From contig JAUCBJ010001368.1 in the NCBI GenBank assembly GCA_032718475.1, forward strand, positions 1-32,959: 32,959 nucleotides of DNA, given 5' to 3'. This document shows, piece by piece, positions 22,297 through 32,959 of this stretch. Position 1 is the stretch's first letter. Each line of letters opens with the position of its first letter. The stretch is from Nemertoderma westbladi (lineage: Eukaryota > Animalia > Xenacoelomorpha). The translations under genes were made by a program, and so were the position numbers. The notes under the pieces were generated by a model. It ran no database searches. It had not been told where the DNA came from and worked only from the letters and a program-made list of their open reading frames with translations.

Positions 22297-22859
22297 TGGG
22301 CCGTTCAAATGTTTTATAGGTTGATGATAATGAATGAAGAGGGACCCAACTAACACTACGTTTGTCTATGGACGGTCTCCTTATAGCCAGCCAGCTTGCT
22401 AGTTGAATCACATTATATTATTCTGCAACCAATAATTTACTCTTTTCGACGAATTAGTGCGTTTTTTTGCCGGAATAACAAATTTTGTCGACGTTCTGTG
22501 CGAGATTGGCGATATTTGAAAAGATTCTGAGGCACAAATACTGTATGTTGCTCAAATGACTGAATAGCCCAAATAAAAAAGTTGGTGCATCCTCTGCGAG
22601 TTGAAATCGGTGAAATTCGACTTTAAATTTTCAAAACCGCCATTTTTCAGTGACCCCGTGATCGAAACGCCACAAAAACTATACACTCTTGTGTGCAACC
22701 AAAATTTATGTATAGTTTGTTATTAAAATTTTTACGTACCTGCTTGAGATTTCGAGATATTGGATGGTTATACATATATACACACACACACAACCACATC
22801 GTGTTTTTGAACGGCTCAACTCTTGACAAGAACTACCCTGGCCTATTAATAGGCAGGTT
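22297..22859 (+). mobile_element. Probable second HINE-like element (its copy 1 counterpart is truncated at 8074)
   Basis: Imperfect inverted pair TGGGCCGTTCAAA (22297-22309) / TTTGAACGGCTCA (22806-22818), TA/CA microsatellite ~22770-22792, terminal hairpin around GCCTATTAATAGGC. Confidence 0.45.
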
Positions 22860-23664
22860 CGTTATTACTGAGTACTTGAACACTGGAAATCACTTGGAAG
22901 CTGGAGGTTATCCTGAGAGGCATAAATACATTATCGCAGTGTTGTTTATACTTTCTGTTTAACTACTTTACTGTATTACTTTTCTGTAATAATAATTATA
23001 TGAGCAGCAATAATTGTAAAATTGAAATTTTATAATAATAGTATTAATAGTGTGTTGAAACTACTGTAAGGTGAGGGATGTTCTTAGCGAGTATGGAATG
23101 TTCTTAGCGAGTATGGACGAGTTTCGTTTAATTCTACTGTAGTCGAGATTTATTGAGTTTCAGTTTCGGCCAATCAGAGCGTCCCATTCGTAGACCACGC
23201 GCCCTTTGGGTCTGAAAATGATATTTGAACCTTACAATTGGCCTATGTATCTATGGTCAAAAATATTTATGTTATTTATGTGAACAATAAAGGAAGAGTA
23301 TCTTATAATATTTTACTTATAATAATACCCGATATTGCGTTGCGTATAAATAAAGATAAAAGGTAACTCATTATTTATTTTTTATTACATGTAACGGTAA
23401 CTAGGGGTGCACCACGCGTAGTTACTTTATTCTTATTATAAACATTTATTAAAAAATGAATGACAATGAAATATATATTTATTTACTTAAATTGTTGTAA
23501 ACTGTTTAGAAAGGTGAATTAAATTACGAAAAAATATATTAATCAATCAAATAAGATTAATTAAAATAGAAAAAATAATTGCCCCATTCCGCAAACTGAA
23601 ACTTGTCCGATATGATAGAACACATCCTAAGTATGTAAGTGATGTTTTTATCACTGTCAGATGT

Positions 23665-23938
23665 TTGTAATTTTTTAACGTTAACATACAATATATTTCA
23701 ACCATCCAAACTGATAGTCAGTAATATGTCATTTTTTAACGTTAAACATACAATATATTTTGACGATTCAAAATACCTACCGTTTAAAATTAACGTTAAT
23801 TTGCGTTAATTTTTAACGTTAAAAGGGCGGCCAAACTAACGTTATTTATATGTATTTTTTACGTTAATAATTAACGTTGGCATTGTCAGAAAATAACGTA
23901 TATTAATGCATTATTAACGTTAAATTGTTTGCAGCGTG
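23665..23938. mobile_element. DNA-transposon end with many (TT)AACGTT(AA) subterminal motifs, ending TGTTTGCAGCGTG (CAC-type terminus on minus strand)
   Basis: Repeated AACGTT palindromes; only one end visible; superfamily (CMC/EnSpm-like) is a guess. Confidence 0.4.
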
Positions 23939-24023
23939 CTAACCTTGCATAATTGACATAAAAAAGACCACTACAATTTTAATTATTGAATTCAACACCG
24001 ATCTAACAGTAGGGAATGTATAT

Positions 24024-24153
24024 TTTGCCGAAACGCAACTTTTTTGCCGAATCGCGGCTGTTGCCGAAACGCAACTTTTTGCCGAAACGCAACTTTTTTG
24101 CCGAAACGCGACTGTTGCCGAAACGCGACAGTTGCCGAAACGCGATGTAACCG
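24024..24153. repeat. Tandem TTGCCGAAACGC(AACTTTT/GACTG) repeats ending GATGTAACCG; MITE-like subterminal array abutting the LINE fragment
   Basis: About seven 18-19-bp units seen directly. Confidence 0.7.
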
Positions 24154-24154
24154 G

Positions 24155-24610
24155 ATCCCGGATCTTTATGGGAGAAAATAAGAGCACTGTCGTCTGACTC
24201 AATAAAATGAGTTTAAAATTGGGATCTATACTACTTATCATATCCAATACATAGCATACAATAAACAGAGGACCTAATATACTACCTTGCGGTACACCAC
24301 AGGTAATCTCTTGTACAGTAGACTGCGATTTGCTAATGACTATAGTTTGACCTCTGTCTGACAGGTAGGACTTGAACCAGTCTATAGAACCTACACCCAT
24401 CAGGCCTAAATTACCAAGCAGAATTTCATGATCTACAGTATCGAAAGCCTTTTGTAGGTCCAACATTACCATACCAGTATATAAATTACCCTTTGCGTTA
24501 TTACATCTAAGTGTATCAGTAATAAGGCAATAAGGTAAATACGGTTAATAAGGCAGGTGTCTGTAGAATACAGTATGATTTACGAAAACCGGACTGAAGT
24601 TCATAGATCA
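24155..24610 (-). mobile_element. Degenerate non-LTR retrotransposon (CR1/L2 group) reverse transcriptase fragment
   Basis: QSGFRKSY (different frame), [39 protein letters not shown]; YADD motif lost; frameshifted. Confidence 0.9.
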
Positions 24611-25638
24611 TGGTGTACGACATGTCAAACTGTTGCATTTTTAACGCTCTTTCACATGGTATAATTCTTAAATTGGTACAACTTAAGCCACTCTGCCCAC
24701 AGTAAAATATATGGAAGCAAAACCACAAGTGGCATAAATAACCCCACTTGGCATTTTTACTTAGGCCACCATGTTTTTCTGCAATATCTCGGATTCGGTA
24801 AACCATGTAGTCTTCCCTGTTGGCAGATGTGTAGATCTAATACAGACCCAACTTTTAAGATATTGATCACAAACACAACCAACGTAGTACAGAAATTATT
24901 ACCACACAAATTTTGAAATTGGCCTAAGATACACCACACCACGGTTTTTTTACAAATTGGTTCGCCTCGACGCCTAATTATGTAAATTTTTTCTATATTA
25001 CTTTATGAGTTTAACATGTTACCAATAACATGAGTTTATTGATTTCTTTGTTGGTTAAGTAAATTAAATAATATACGATCTTTAATTATTTTTGCTAGTA
25101 ATTTGTGCTGTTTGTATATTTGTGAATCGCTTCCAGTTGTAGTTAGTGTTATATTAAAAATAAATATAACATAGTACTTTTAAAACACAAATTTTTATGT
25201 TAATACATCTGCCTTTCATCAATCCTGTTTACGCCTTTGGGTTGGGGTGGTGCAGATTAAGAGGGGGGGGGGGGGGGGGGGGGGCTGCTCCCTCTCTTTG
25301 ATTTACTGGTGTTTGGTTAAATTTCTTAGATATCGAGTCTGTGATACAGTAGAATCACTCAATATTAATCTGTATCTCATAACGGAGCCTCGTGCTGCGC
25401 GAAGGCCCCACGAACGTGCAAATAATATGGGTACTCCAGGAACCGAGGTTTGGAATGATTAAGACTAAGAGTGTCTTTAGTAAAGGCGACTAAACTATAG
25501 TTAAGGACGCCTTCCTTTAGTGTTTAATCAACAATATACTTTTTAACATATCGTTTACATTATAATTAAATTCAAACAAATAATTTATCTTCAATGCAAT
25601 GTTATAGTGCCAGGTATATCATAATTGTATATTAAAAC

Positions 25639-27066
25639 CTAGAAAAAGGTTTGTATAAAAGGAGTCACCAATTTTAGTAGGAGCTTTGTCGTAGAATTGT
25701 ACTCACTAGAACTTCCAGTAGAAGAGTCTAACAGCTCTCCGTAGGACCACAAATATTCGCGTTCTTTATGAAACAAAGCTTGTAAATCGCTATTGGTGGT
25801 TGCTATGGCAAACTGCAATTCTAAATCGCGAATCCAGGAACGATGGCCGAAGTTACTGGACCCGATTATAGTGAGACAGGGGTGTTGGCTACCCCGGGGG
25901 TACCACCACAAACCCTTCCCGTGGTAGCTGTACCCCGGTCGTCTATACTGTCTGACCTGAAGTTCAGGGTCCCTGTAGATCGCGCTGTCTCTGAGGAACT
26001 TATCCGTGGTTGCCTGGTAGACCCCGGGGATGAATCGGCCGGGACCACGCGCCCCCCACCACCCGTTGGTCTGAGGGGACGCGACCAGCAGCGAGCGAGA
26101 CCCCTTGCTGGTAACCAGGAAGTCTGAAAGCGAACTTAGAGGGTTGAAGTAACCCGAGGCCATGTATAGTCTGTCCCCGATTCCGCACTCACCTAACAGT
26201 CGCAGCACGGCCTCAGTCTCGGATAGGATACGCAGAGGAGCCATCTGCAACAAAGGATACACAACAGTGTCTACTTTATTACTGTCGAATTTATCTTTAT
26301 TCCACCGGGAAATAAATTGTTTTATCTGCTGGGAAACATTCCACGCGAATGCGGCGCTGGCGCGTCTACCGTAGAATGGATGACGATAGCCGTGGTTACC
26401 TTTAGGCCAATAGGGAATTCCGTTTGAATCCATTTGAAATGACGAGTCAGAAATGATAGTTACAAGTTCGACTATAAAGTTAGTCAGATCGGGAGAGTTA
26501 GGCACTAGTATGGAGCGATCCTGGCGGTTCGTGAAGTAAGTCTCGCTGAGGTTGGCCCCGCTCAGTATGACGTCATCGTCGCTGATGTAGGCCTTCATGT
26601 GTTGGACACCGACGGCTTCCCGCAGGTTACCTAGGCGACGACTGCGACGCCAACCGTAGAGGTTCGGCGCGTGGTACAGGGATACGGAGAAGTCGCCGAC
26701 TATTCCGGAAAGTTGGGTGCAGGAGTTAGGGCAGCCCCGCAGACTTCGGTTGTAGTCGAGTAGAAGCCGAACGCTGACGCCTCTAGCGGCGGCACGACGC
26801 AACGCAGCCACTAGGCCGTTCTCGAGTTCCGAGGTGCCGAGATAGAGGGAGCTGAGGACGATGCGACGGCGGCTGCGGTCGCAGAGATCGATGAGTTTAC
26901 CGTAGAAGTCGGAGGGCTCGAGAAGAAGTTCGATGTGGCGACTCGAAATGGGAATCGCGGGGCCGTAGGTTCGTAACCATGGAAACTGCTTTGGGAATGA
27001 GTCGGACACCGTAGTGTACTGCCTTTGTCTAGTTAGTCCATTCCTTTGGATACAAAGTCGCAACAT
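25639..27066 (-). CDS. PGS1: Mitochondrial CDP-diacylglycerol--glycerol-3-phosphate 3-phosphatidyltransferase (phosphatidylglycerophosphate synthase), 475 aa, single coding exon
   Basis: PLD-family motifs typical of PGS1: RIVLSSLYLG, QHMKAYISDDDVILSGANLSETYFTNRQDR, ASGYFN, YHGKGLW, IGSSNFGHRS..RDLE; Arg-rich N-terminal presequence. Confidence 0.93.
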   Translation of the reverse strand: MLRLCIQRNGLTRQRQYTTVSDSFPKQFPWLRTYGPAIPISSRHIELLLEPSDFYGKLIDLCDRSRRRIVLSSLYLGTSELENGLVAALRRAAARGVSVRLLLDYNRSLRGCPNSCTQLSGIVGDFSVSLYHAPNLYGWRRSRRLGNLREAVGVQHMKAYISDDDVILSGANLSETYFTNRQDRSILVPNSPDLTNFIVELVTIISDSSFQMDSNGIPYWPKGNHGYRHPFYGRRASAAFAWNVSQQIKQFISRWNKDKFDSNKVDTVVYPLLQMAPLRILSETEAVLRLLGECGIGDRLYMASGYFNPLSSLSDFLVTSKGSRSLLVASPQTNGWWGARGPGRFIPGVYQATTDKFLRDSAIYRDPELQVRQYRRPGYSYHGKGLWWYPRGSQHPCLTIIGSSNFGHRSWIRDLELQFAIATTNSDLQALFHKEREYLWSYGELLDSSTGSSSEYNSTTKLLLKLVTPFIQTFF

Positions 27067-27573
27067 TGTTCAATTAAGAAAAAAGAAAACTTACTTTTAG
27101 TTTACAATACTATACTTAGTAGGTCCATAACAAACAGGGTCTGACGGATTATTGTAAAATAATAACACAAGACCAATAAAAGCAAACCTACAGATTGGAA
27201 ATTATGGAATAATTAAATGATACATAGCTGCGTATCAACATCGGTTAAGTTATTAAAGAAACAACGTAAGTCTCACTATTAAAAATAAATTGAAATTTAT
27301 AATACCGGTATGTGAATATAGAAACAAATTGAGAAGAACAAGAAAATAGTATATCCCCCTGCCCACGGACGTGTTGTCCCAATTCCCAGTATTTAAAAGC
27401 CAAAGGTGACCCACAATACAAAAGTATATCGTAAAAAATAAGTTTTAGAATTTATTCGCTCTCATCCAAAAATCAGCGCTACTTCCTAAACTAACATGAC
27501 ATGCAGATTTTGATTAATTTTGAAGATAATTTGAGGTCCTCAAGCAGTTTGTAAAATATCAAACAAAACCAAC

Positions 27574-27718
27574 TTCTAGTGCTTTGATTGGTTCTAGTAA
27601 TTCTAGTACTTTGATTGGTTCTAGTACTTCTAGTACTTTGATTGGTTCTAGTACTTCTAGTACTTTGATTGATTCTAGTACTTTGATTGATTCTAGTACT
27701 TTGATTGGTTCTAGTACT
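27574..27718. repeat. Minisatellite built from TTCTAGTAC and TTTGATTGG modules
   Basis: Seen directly; 18- and 27-bp periodicities. Confidence 0.9.
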
Positions 27719-28145
27719 CCGTCATTCTTCAAAACTATCCAAATCTGTCAAAACATTACATTTTAGGAGGGAACAAGTAATTTTAAGATGCGAACACATA
27801 AATTCTAAAACTTCGATTTTTGGGGACCATCAGTGCCCAGTCGTGGTAACCTAATTGACAGTTCATTAAACTAAAATTTATATTTTATTATAATCGATTA
27901 TTATTATTAATAATATTATCGAATTTTCTATTAATAATTATAACGGAATCACAACAGCGTATGTAATACCGAATTTTACTGCATAAATTTACAATCAATA
28001 ACAACATCTAAGAAATTATACATAGCCAGACACTCGAGACAGTGAGCAAGTAATGACAGATACTTATTATTACATAGTTAGTATTTACTGTTTAAGTTTG
28101 CTTGGGAAATATTGCAAAGCTTGAAAAATACATGCATTATAAATT

Positions 28146-28257
28146 ATTAAGTAATTTAAATAGGACTTAGAATGACACAACTCTATAGCAAATGGAGTGG
28201 AAAAAATGAATTCGCCACAAAATGAATACAAAATTGATCCTATTTAAATTACTTAAT
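28146..28257. mobile_element. 112-bp MITE-like element with 20-bp perfect inverted repeats
   Basis: ATTAAGTAATTTAAATAGGA (28146-28165) / TCCTATTTAAATTACTTAAT (28238-28257). Confidence 0.65.
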
Positions 28258-29820
28258 TTAAATATCTATGTCTGTTAAACATAAACAATACTTTCTGCGT
28301 TATATTCGAATAATAATTAATTAGAATTAGACACTGATTAATTAAAAGATAAATTATTGAGGACCTAAAGAGGAACTGGTCTTATACGGCATTTTTAATA
28401 AATTGTGATGTAAAAGTTTATTTAACATTAAAGTTATATTTTAGGGGGAGGCGGTACTTAATACAATATGTGTATTTGATTAGTATCGCATCTACATCCT
28501 GATAGTATATCAGAGTATTACGAGTATTAACTTTTTTCTTTTTAGCAACAGACGTGAATACTTTGCAATCTATCGAGATTCAAGATCATAAAATATTAGT
28601 AGCAAAGTACATTTCTTTACTTTAATTTACATCATAAATGAAAATGCAATTGATCAATTTTGAAAAAAATAAGTGTCCGGACAAGAGTTTTCAGGTTCTC
28701 CCATTATTTCCTACACTAGTTCCCCCTGGTGGCCCAAATAGTCGTTTATGTTTATATACATGTAGAAAATCAATATCGAATATTCGCAATGTTAGTAAAC
28801 GCAATATTCTAAAATAGACACCGAGGCAAAATATATCAAAGTAAAGATATTATTATTATAATTGCGATAGTGGAGATGAACATAATTGTTAAGAATATGT
28901 CGCGCAAACAACGTGTTTGAATTACATACGAGATTTATGTTTATTGAATTTAATCTAGTCTCAACGTTCTAGTACAAACTAGCTTTGCAATATATATACT
29001 TCCACGTATTGGAATTGGAAATATTAAAAATAAATTAGCTATTACTTACGAGTCGTGCTGAGGTTGCCGCCAGCTATGTACTAGTACTACAACATTATAA
29101 CATTGCCGGAACTTGCATATTTATTAGTTCACTAAAGTTATTATTATATTAATATAACTTTTATACCGCAACCTCAAAGATAGTAAAAACCCCAATCACA
29201 AAGCATAGAAACAACATCCTAGTTACTACACGCAATACACGTATTCTAAGTCGATTTACGTAAATAACTTAAAGTTGAAAACCTATCTTTCTGTAGTACT
29301 AAACATAATAAATTAAAAAAAAAATTTGCAAAAAATATTCTGAATTTTTGAATTCAGTGTAAAATAAATATAACATGCAATTCTGTGTTAAAACAATGTA
29401 ATTCCGAATTAGCTAAGGTTATTAATTTAGAAATCTATTGGACGAAGTTTGAATTCGTTTACCAATTTTCGGAATGAAAAGAAAACTGTAACGTAAAGAT
29501 CTGAAAGTCAATCAACATTGTTTGTTATGAAAAAATAATTTAGGATCAAATATTTATATTAGATAAAGGAATGTTATATTTCCATATATCATTCCAAGAT
29601 ACTAAAGATTCAATTCGCCTTGTATAATAATACCTGTATGAATTGTATGTCTTCCATACATAAATGTATAAATAATACGAAAAAAAGAACAATGAAATGC
29701 ACGAGATAAAATTACATGACTCACATAACCAACCCGATATAAAAAGGCGATAGCTCCTACCCAAAGTGCACGATTTATAAATAGCGTTTGCTAGCATCTT
29801 GGGTTCTAGAATCCCGGACG

Positions 29821-30549
29821 TCATCCCTGTTGGTCTCCATCGCCACGGGGCTGTCCGAATGCGAAACCCCCCGGGCGATCAGATTCCGCCACAGGATCCA
29901 CAACCTCGTTGGGATCGTGGTCTAGAATCCGACACAAAATGTTCGGCGTTTTCAACAATCTAAATCCCCCGTGCTGCAGAGGAAATACGTCCTCGAGGAA
30001 ATAGTAAATATGCCCGACGGCTATCCCCATAAAATCGACCGTGGGAGAGTTTCCTAAGAGTAGACTAAAGGCTAGCAGCACCCAAGGGAGATACGGAGCA
30101 TGGAATGATATAACTCCGAAAAAATTCATCCTTATAAAAGGATTCCTTCGGGACCACACGTAGACTAACATAATAGTAAAAGCCTGACCCAGGAAGACTA
30201 GACTTATAAACAATCCCATGACTGCCATTATTGTCCCGCCGAAAACAAACATCCAAGCCATATCGGCCACTCGACCTCGGAAAGAACCCTCCTCCAACAT
30301 ACGGCAGTACCGGTAGGTAAATATCATGCTGAATAAAAAGTTAAAACCTATGTTCCCGAAGTATGTGAATGTGGTTAAAATTCTCCATATTTGGAAGTGC
30401 CAAAATATGAGTTGAGGGTTGTAGTATAGTTGAAACGGCGAAACTAGTTCCAATTGTACGGCTATAGTTGTGAGCACGCAGGCAGTTGTGTAGGACCGCG
30501 TTATTAAAGGTATTTGTGTATATTCATTCAGGTATGTATTGGCCGCCAT
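29821..30549 (-). CDS. DERL2: Derlin-2 (ERAD rhomboid pseudoprotease), 242 aa, single coding exon
   Basis: [83 protein letters not shown]; C-terminal RPGGFAFG. Confidence 0.96.
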   Translation of the reverse strand: MAANTYLNEYTQIPLITRSYTTACVLTTIAVQLELVSPFQLYYNPQLIFWHFQIWRILTTFTYFGNIGFNFLFSMIFTYRYCRMLEEGSFRGRVADMAWMFVFGGTIMAVMGLFISLVFLGQAFTIMLVYVWSRRNPFIRMNFFGVISFHAPYLPWVLLAFSLLLGNSPTVDFMGIAVGHIYYFLEDVFPLQHGGFRLLKTPNILCRILDHDPNEVVDPVAESDRPGGFAFGQPRGDGDQQG

Positions 30550-31394
30550 AATCAGATATTATATAACTAATATATTTTCGCTACAACACCATCTGACCAT
30601 AGCCTACAACTTTGTTTAATTTTGAACTTCAAACAACAACAACAACTGAACTACCAGACCACAAAATGTTCTACATTCTGACAGCTCTACCAGCTCAGCT
30701 ACAAGAGCTATCGGCCTACTGGGTTCTCTGGTTCTATCACATTTGAGGCACAGTGACAAACACCTTTCCCCAGTGGTCATTTTTGGACCAATTTGTCTCA
30801 AATTTTACACATACCGTACACTCTCTGACCTATGTCAGCTATGTCTGTATGTGTAACTTCATAGAAAAAAAAATTTAAATTAGGGTGATTTTCCGCTTCA
30901 AGCAGCACGATTGAAAATCATGAGTTTATGGCTTTTTTCTCGAAAAGTCCATTTTTGCCTGTTTTCAAATGTGCACCATTTCCTCAATTTTCCTTCAATT
31001 TGCAGGAAAATCTACAGACAGACACCCAAGGTCGTGTATTTAATGTGGTGTAAATATTACGGCTGTAGATCGCAGAGGCCGATGTGCCCTTCACGCAGCA
31101 CGTGAAAAAACTGTATTTTCTAGAAAAATACTTAACTTAAATTGACCACTGTCAGTACCGGGCTCTTTCCGTTTAACAACTGCAGTATTCTGTATTCAGC
31201 AGTTTAGTCTGTCAGCTGGTCAGTATTACTACTATCAGACTATATTACTGTCAAATTTTTTTTTATTGTACCGGTTCACCAGTATTGGTGTACAGGTGTA
31301 TGGTGTATAAACACAACATTTAACATTAACATTTTTTCTACCGACTGTCTGACCATATCTGCATATGGCAGGGTTTCCCTAAATTAGTACAGTA

Positions 31395-31650
31395 GTAAAG
31401 TGATCGTTTATTGTTTTGGTTAGAAAAGCCCGCCTCTGTAACCTGCTCCTTTCCCTCAATTGGTAAAGTGGCTGAGTGGCTGTTTACTGTTTTGGGGTTT
31501 GATAAAGTGATCGTTTATTGTTTTGGTTAGAAAAGCCCACCTCTGCAACTTGCTCCTTTCCCATAATTTGAAAAGTGGCCGTTTGTTGTTTTGGTTAGAA
31601 AAGCCTGCCTCTGTAGACTGTAGATATGTTACCTGCTCCTTACCCTCAAA
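31395..31650. repeat. Three imperfect ~100-bp repeats containing TTGTTTTGGTTAGAAAAGCC...CTGCTCCTTTCCC
   Basis: Seen directly; same motif also at ~7482-7531 and partly at ~22108-22150. Confidence 0.75.
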
Positions 31651-32500
31651 AAAACTGTGAAATTAATTTGCATGCGTTGTATTGTCAGATTGTTTAATAC
31701 TCATACCGGTATTTCTATTACCGGCACTGTATTATTCAGTTATTATTCTCAGATTATGCTGTTAGGCCTATCAGGTTATGTTTATGTATAATCAAAATAT
31801 TGATTGAGAAAACCATGTTTATCTAGGGCCTAAACCCTAAAGTCTTTACAATTTTTGGGAAAATTTTTCTCTCCTGCTAATACCCCGAGGAGACCGGGAA
31901 ATTTGAGAAAAGTATCAAAGTCTTTTCATACATAGCGGTACGAGGTACGATGCAGTACCGGTACTGGCTGACCGGTAGGCCTACATGCCTACCGTAATGA
32001 ACAGATGAATATTCGAAAAAAAAAAATTTTGAATAGGCTAAAGATTGTGAAAAAAAACTCCCGTACCGGTACCGTATTTTTTCCCGGTATTTTCCCGAGG
32101 AAACTGGGAAATTTGAGAAAAATATCAGTCTTTTCATATATAGCTGTATAGACAATGCAGAAGTGAATATGAGAAAAATTTTCCAAGTGTTTTCTCACCA
32201 GACAAGTGTTTTAGATGCATGCGTTTTTTAGCGTTTCAGTGCCCCCCAAACCCTGAAACCGGAAATTCCCCAGTACCGCCCTGCCAGTACAGCAGTACTG
32301 CTACTGCAGTACCAGAAAACCGCACTAAAGCACTACCGGTAGGCCTACTTCGAGCTGTCTAGGGCTACCTACTGCACTGCACTGTAAGTACAGAAGTGGA
32401 AATACACTATCTGACTATAGCACTAATCACTAATAGTCCAGTACAGCAGTAGTCAAATATTACCAGTGCTGTTTATAATGTAGGCCTAGGTATAAGTTTT

Positions 32501-32820
32501 CGTCACCTTCAAGGCAGAACCCCCTAAGTCGATTTTTTTCGATTTTCATGTTTTTGACTTTTTGGGTAATTCGATATCGGCTTTTTCGTCTGGCAGAACC
32601 CCGAAGCTTTTCTACCAGCCATTTTTGAGTTATAAGCCAAAGACAGTTCCCCGTAACTTATGCCCACTTCGAGGCAGAACCCCACAAGTCAATAATTGGC
32701 TTGCAAAACACCGTAAATTCAAGTATATGAAATTCAGTCCACCTGGCAAAACCCCTTAAATCAGAAATAACAACCTGTAAAACCCCTTAAATCAGAAACA
32801 ATAGCCTGGCAAAACCCCGT
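32501..32820. repeat. Repeat with recurring GGCAGAACCCC / GGCAAAACCCC motifs, including a ~31-bp tandem unit
   Basis: Motif at ~32513, 32592, 32673, 32745, 32808; probable transposon subterminal region. Confidence 0.55.
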
Positions 32821-32959
32821 AATTTATCATTTATATACTGGTTTGTATTGCGGCCAGGACACAAATATTAATGAGGGACACAAACATTAATAGGGCAGGG
32901 GCCCATGGTTGCCAATGGATATTAATATGAGCGATGGTGATGCTTGCCATCAGACGATC

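Larger units (their letters stand above)
8075..22690. repeat. Segmental duplication copy 2 (longer because of insertions)
   Basis: Same order as copy 1: satellite, P450, upstream DNA, 33-bp minisatellite, downstream repeats. Confidence 0.93.

Noticed and set aside
25481-25513. Imperfect palindrome AAGGCG...AACTATAGTT...CGCCTT downstream of PGS1
   Set aside because: Short and imperfect; cannot be told from chance or a tiny TE remnant.
27019-27094. Possible intron over the PGS1 start (GTAAGT donor at 27094, CTAAC, CAG on minus strand)
   Set aside because: It would remove an ATG followed by a convincing mitochondrial presequence (MLRLCIQRNGLTRQRQY), and no upstream coding exon is evident; RNA-seq would be needed to revive it.
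29546-29824. 92-aa ORF overlapping the Derlin-2 stop (ATGA) as a coupled gene
   Set aside because: AT-rich 3'UTR-like sequence with no recognisable protein features.

Overview
Repeat-rich, AT-rich eukaryotic (probably invertebrate animal) genomic DNA with no prokaryotic features. The first ~22.7 kb is a tandem segmental duplication (copy 1 from <=1 to 8074, copy 2 8075-22690). Each copy carries a 40/41-bp satellite array and an intronless CYP2-clan cytochrome P450 on the minus strand. Copy 1 P450 is intact; copy 2 P450 has a 7-bp frameshift deletion. Copy 2 also gained a 543-bp Helentron-type non-autonomous insertion just upstream of the P450 ATG, an expanded 33-bp minisatellite, and a full-length GC-rich Ty3/Gypsy (Mag-like) LTR retrotransposon. 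That element has identical 71-bp LTRs, a GCTCC TSD, an apparently bipartite tRNA-Ser-like PBS, IVED instead of YxDD in RT, and a 7-bp insertion splitting gag-pro-pol. The two copies also differ by several TA-NNN-TA micro-insertions resembling Tc1/mariner excision footprints. The right third holds a LINE RT fragment, MITE-like remnants and two single-exon housekeeping CDSs, PGS1 and Derlin-2. I see no convincing wholly new multi-gene system; the best leads are the atypical retrotransposon, the footprint signature and the lack of introns in all host CDSs. All comparisons were made by eye.
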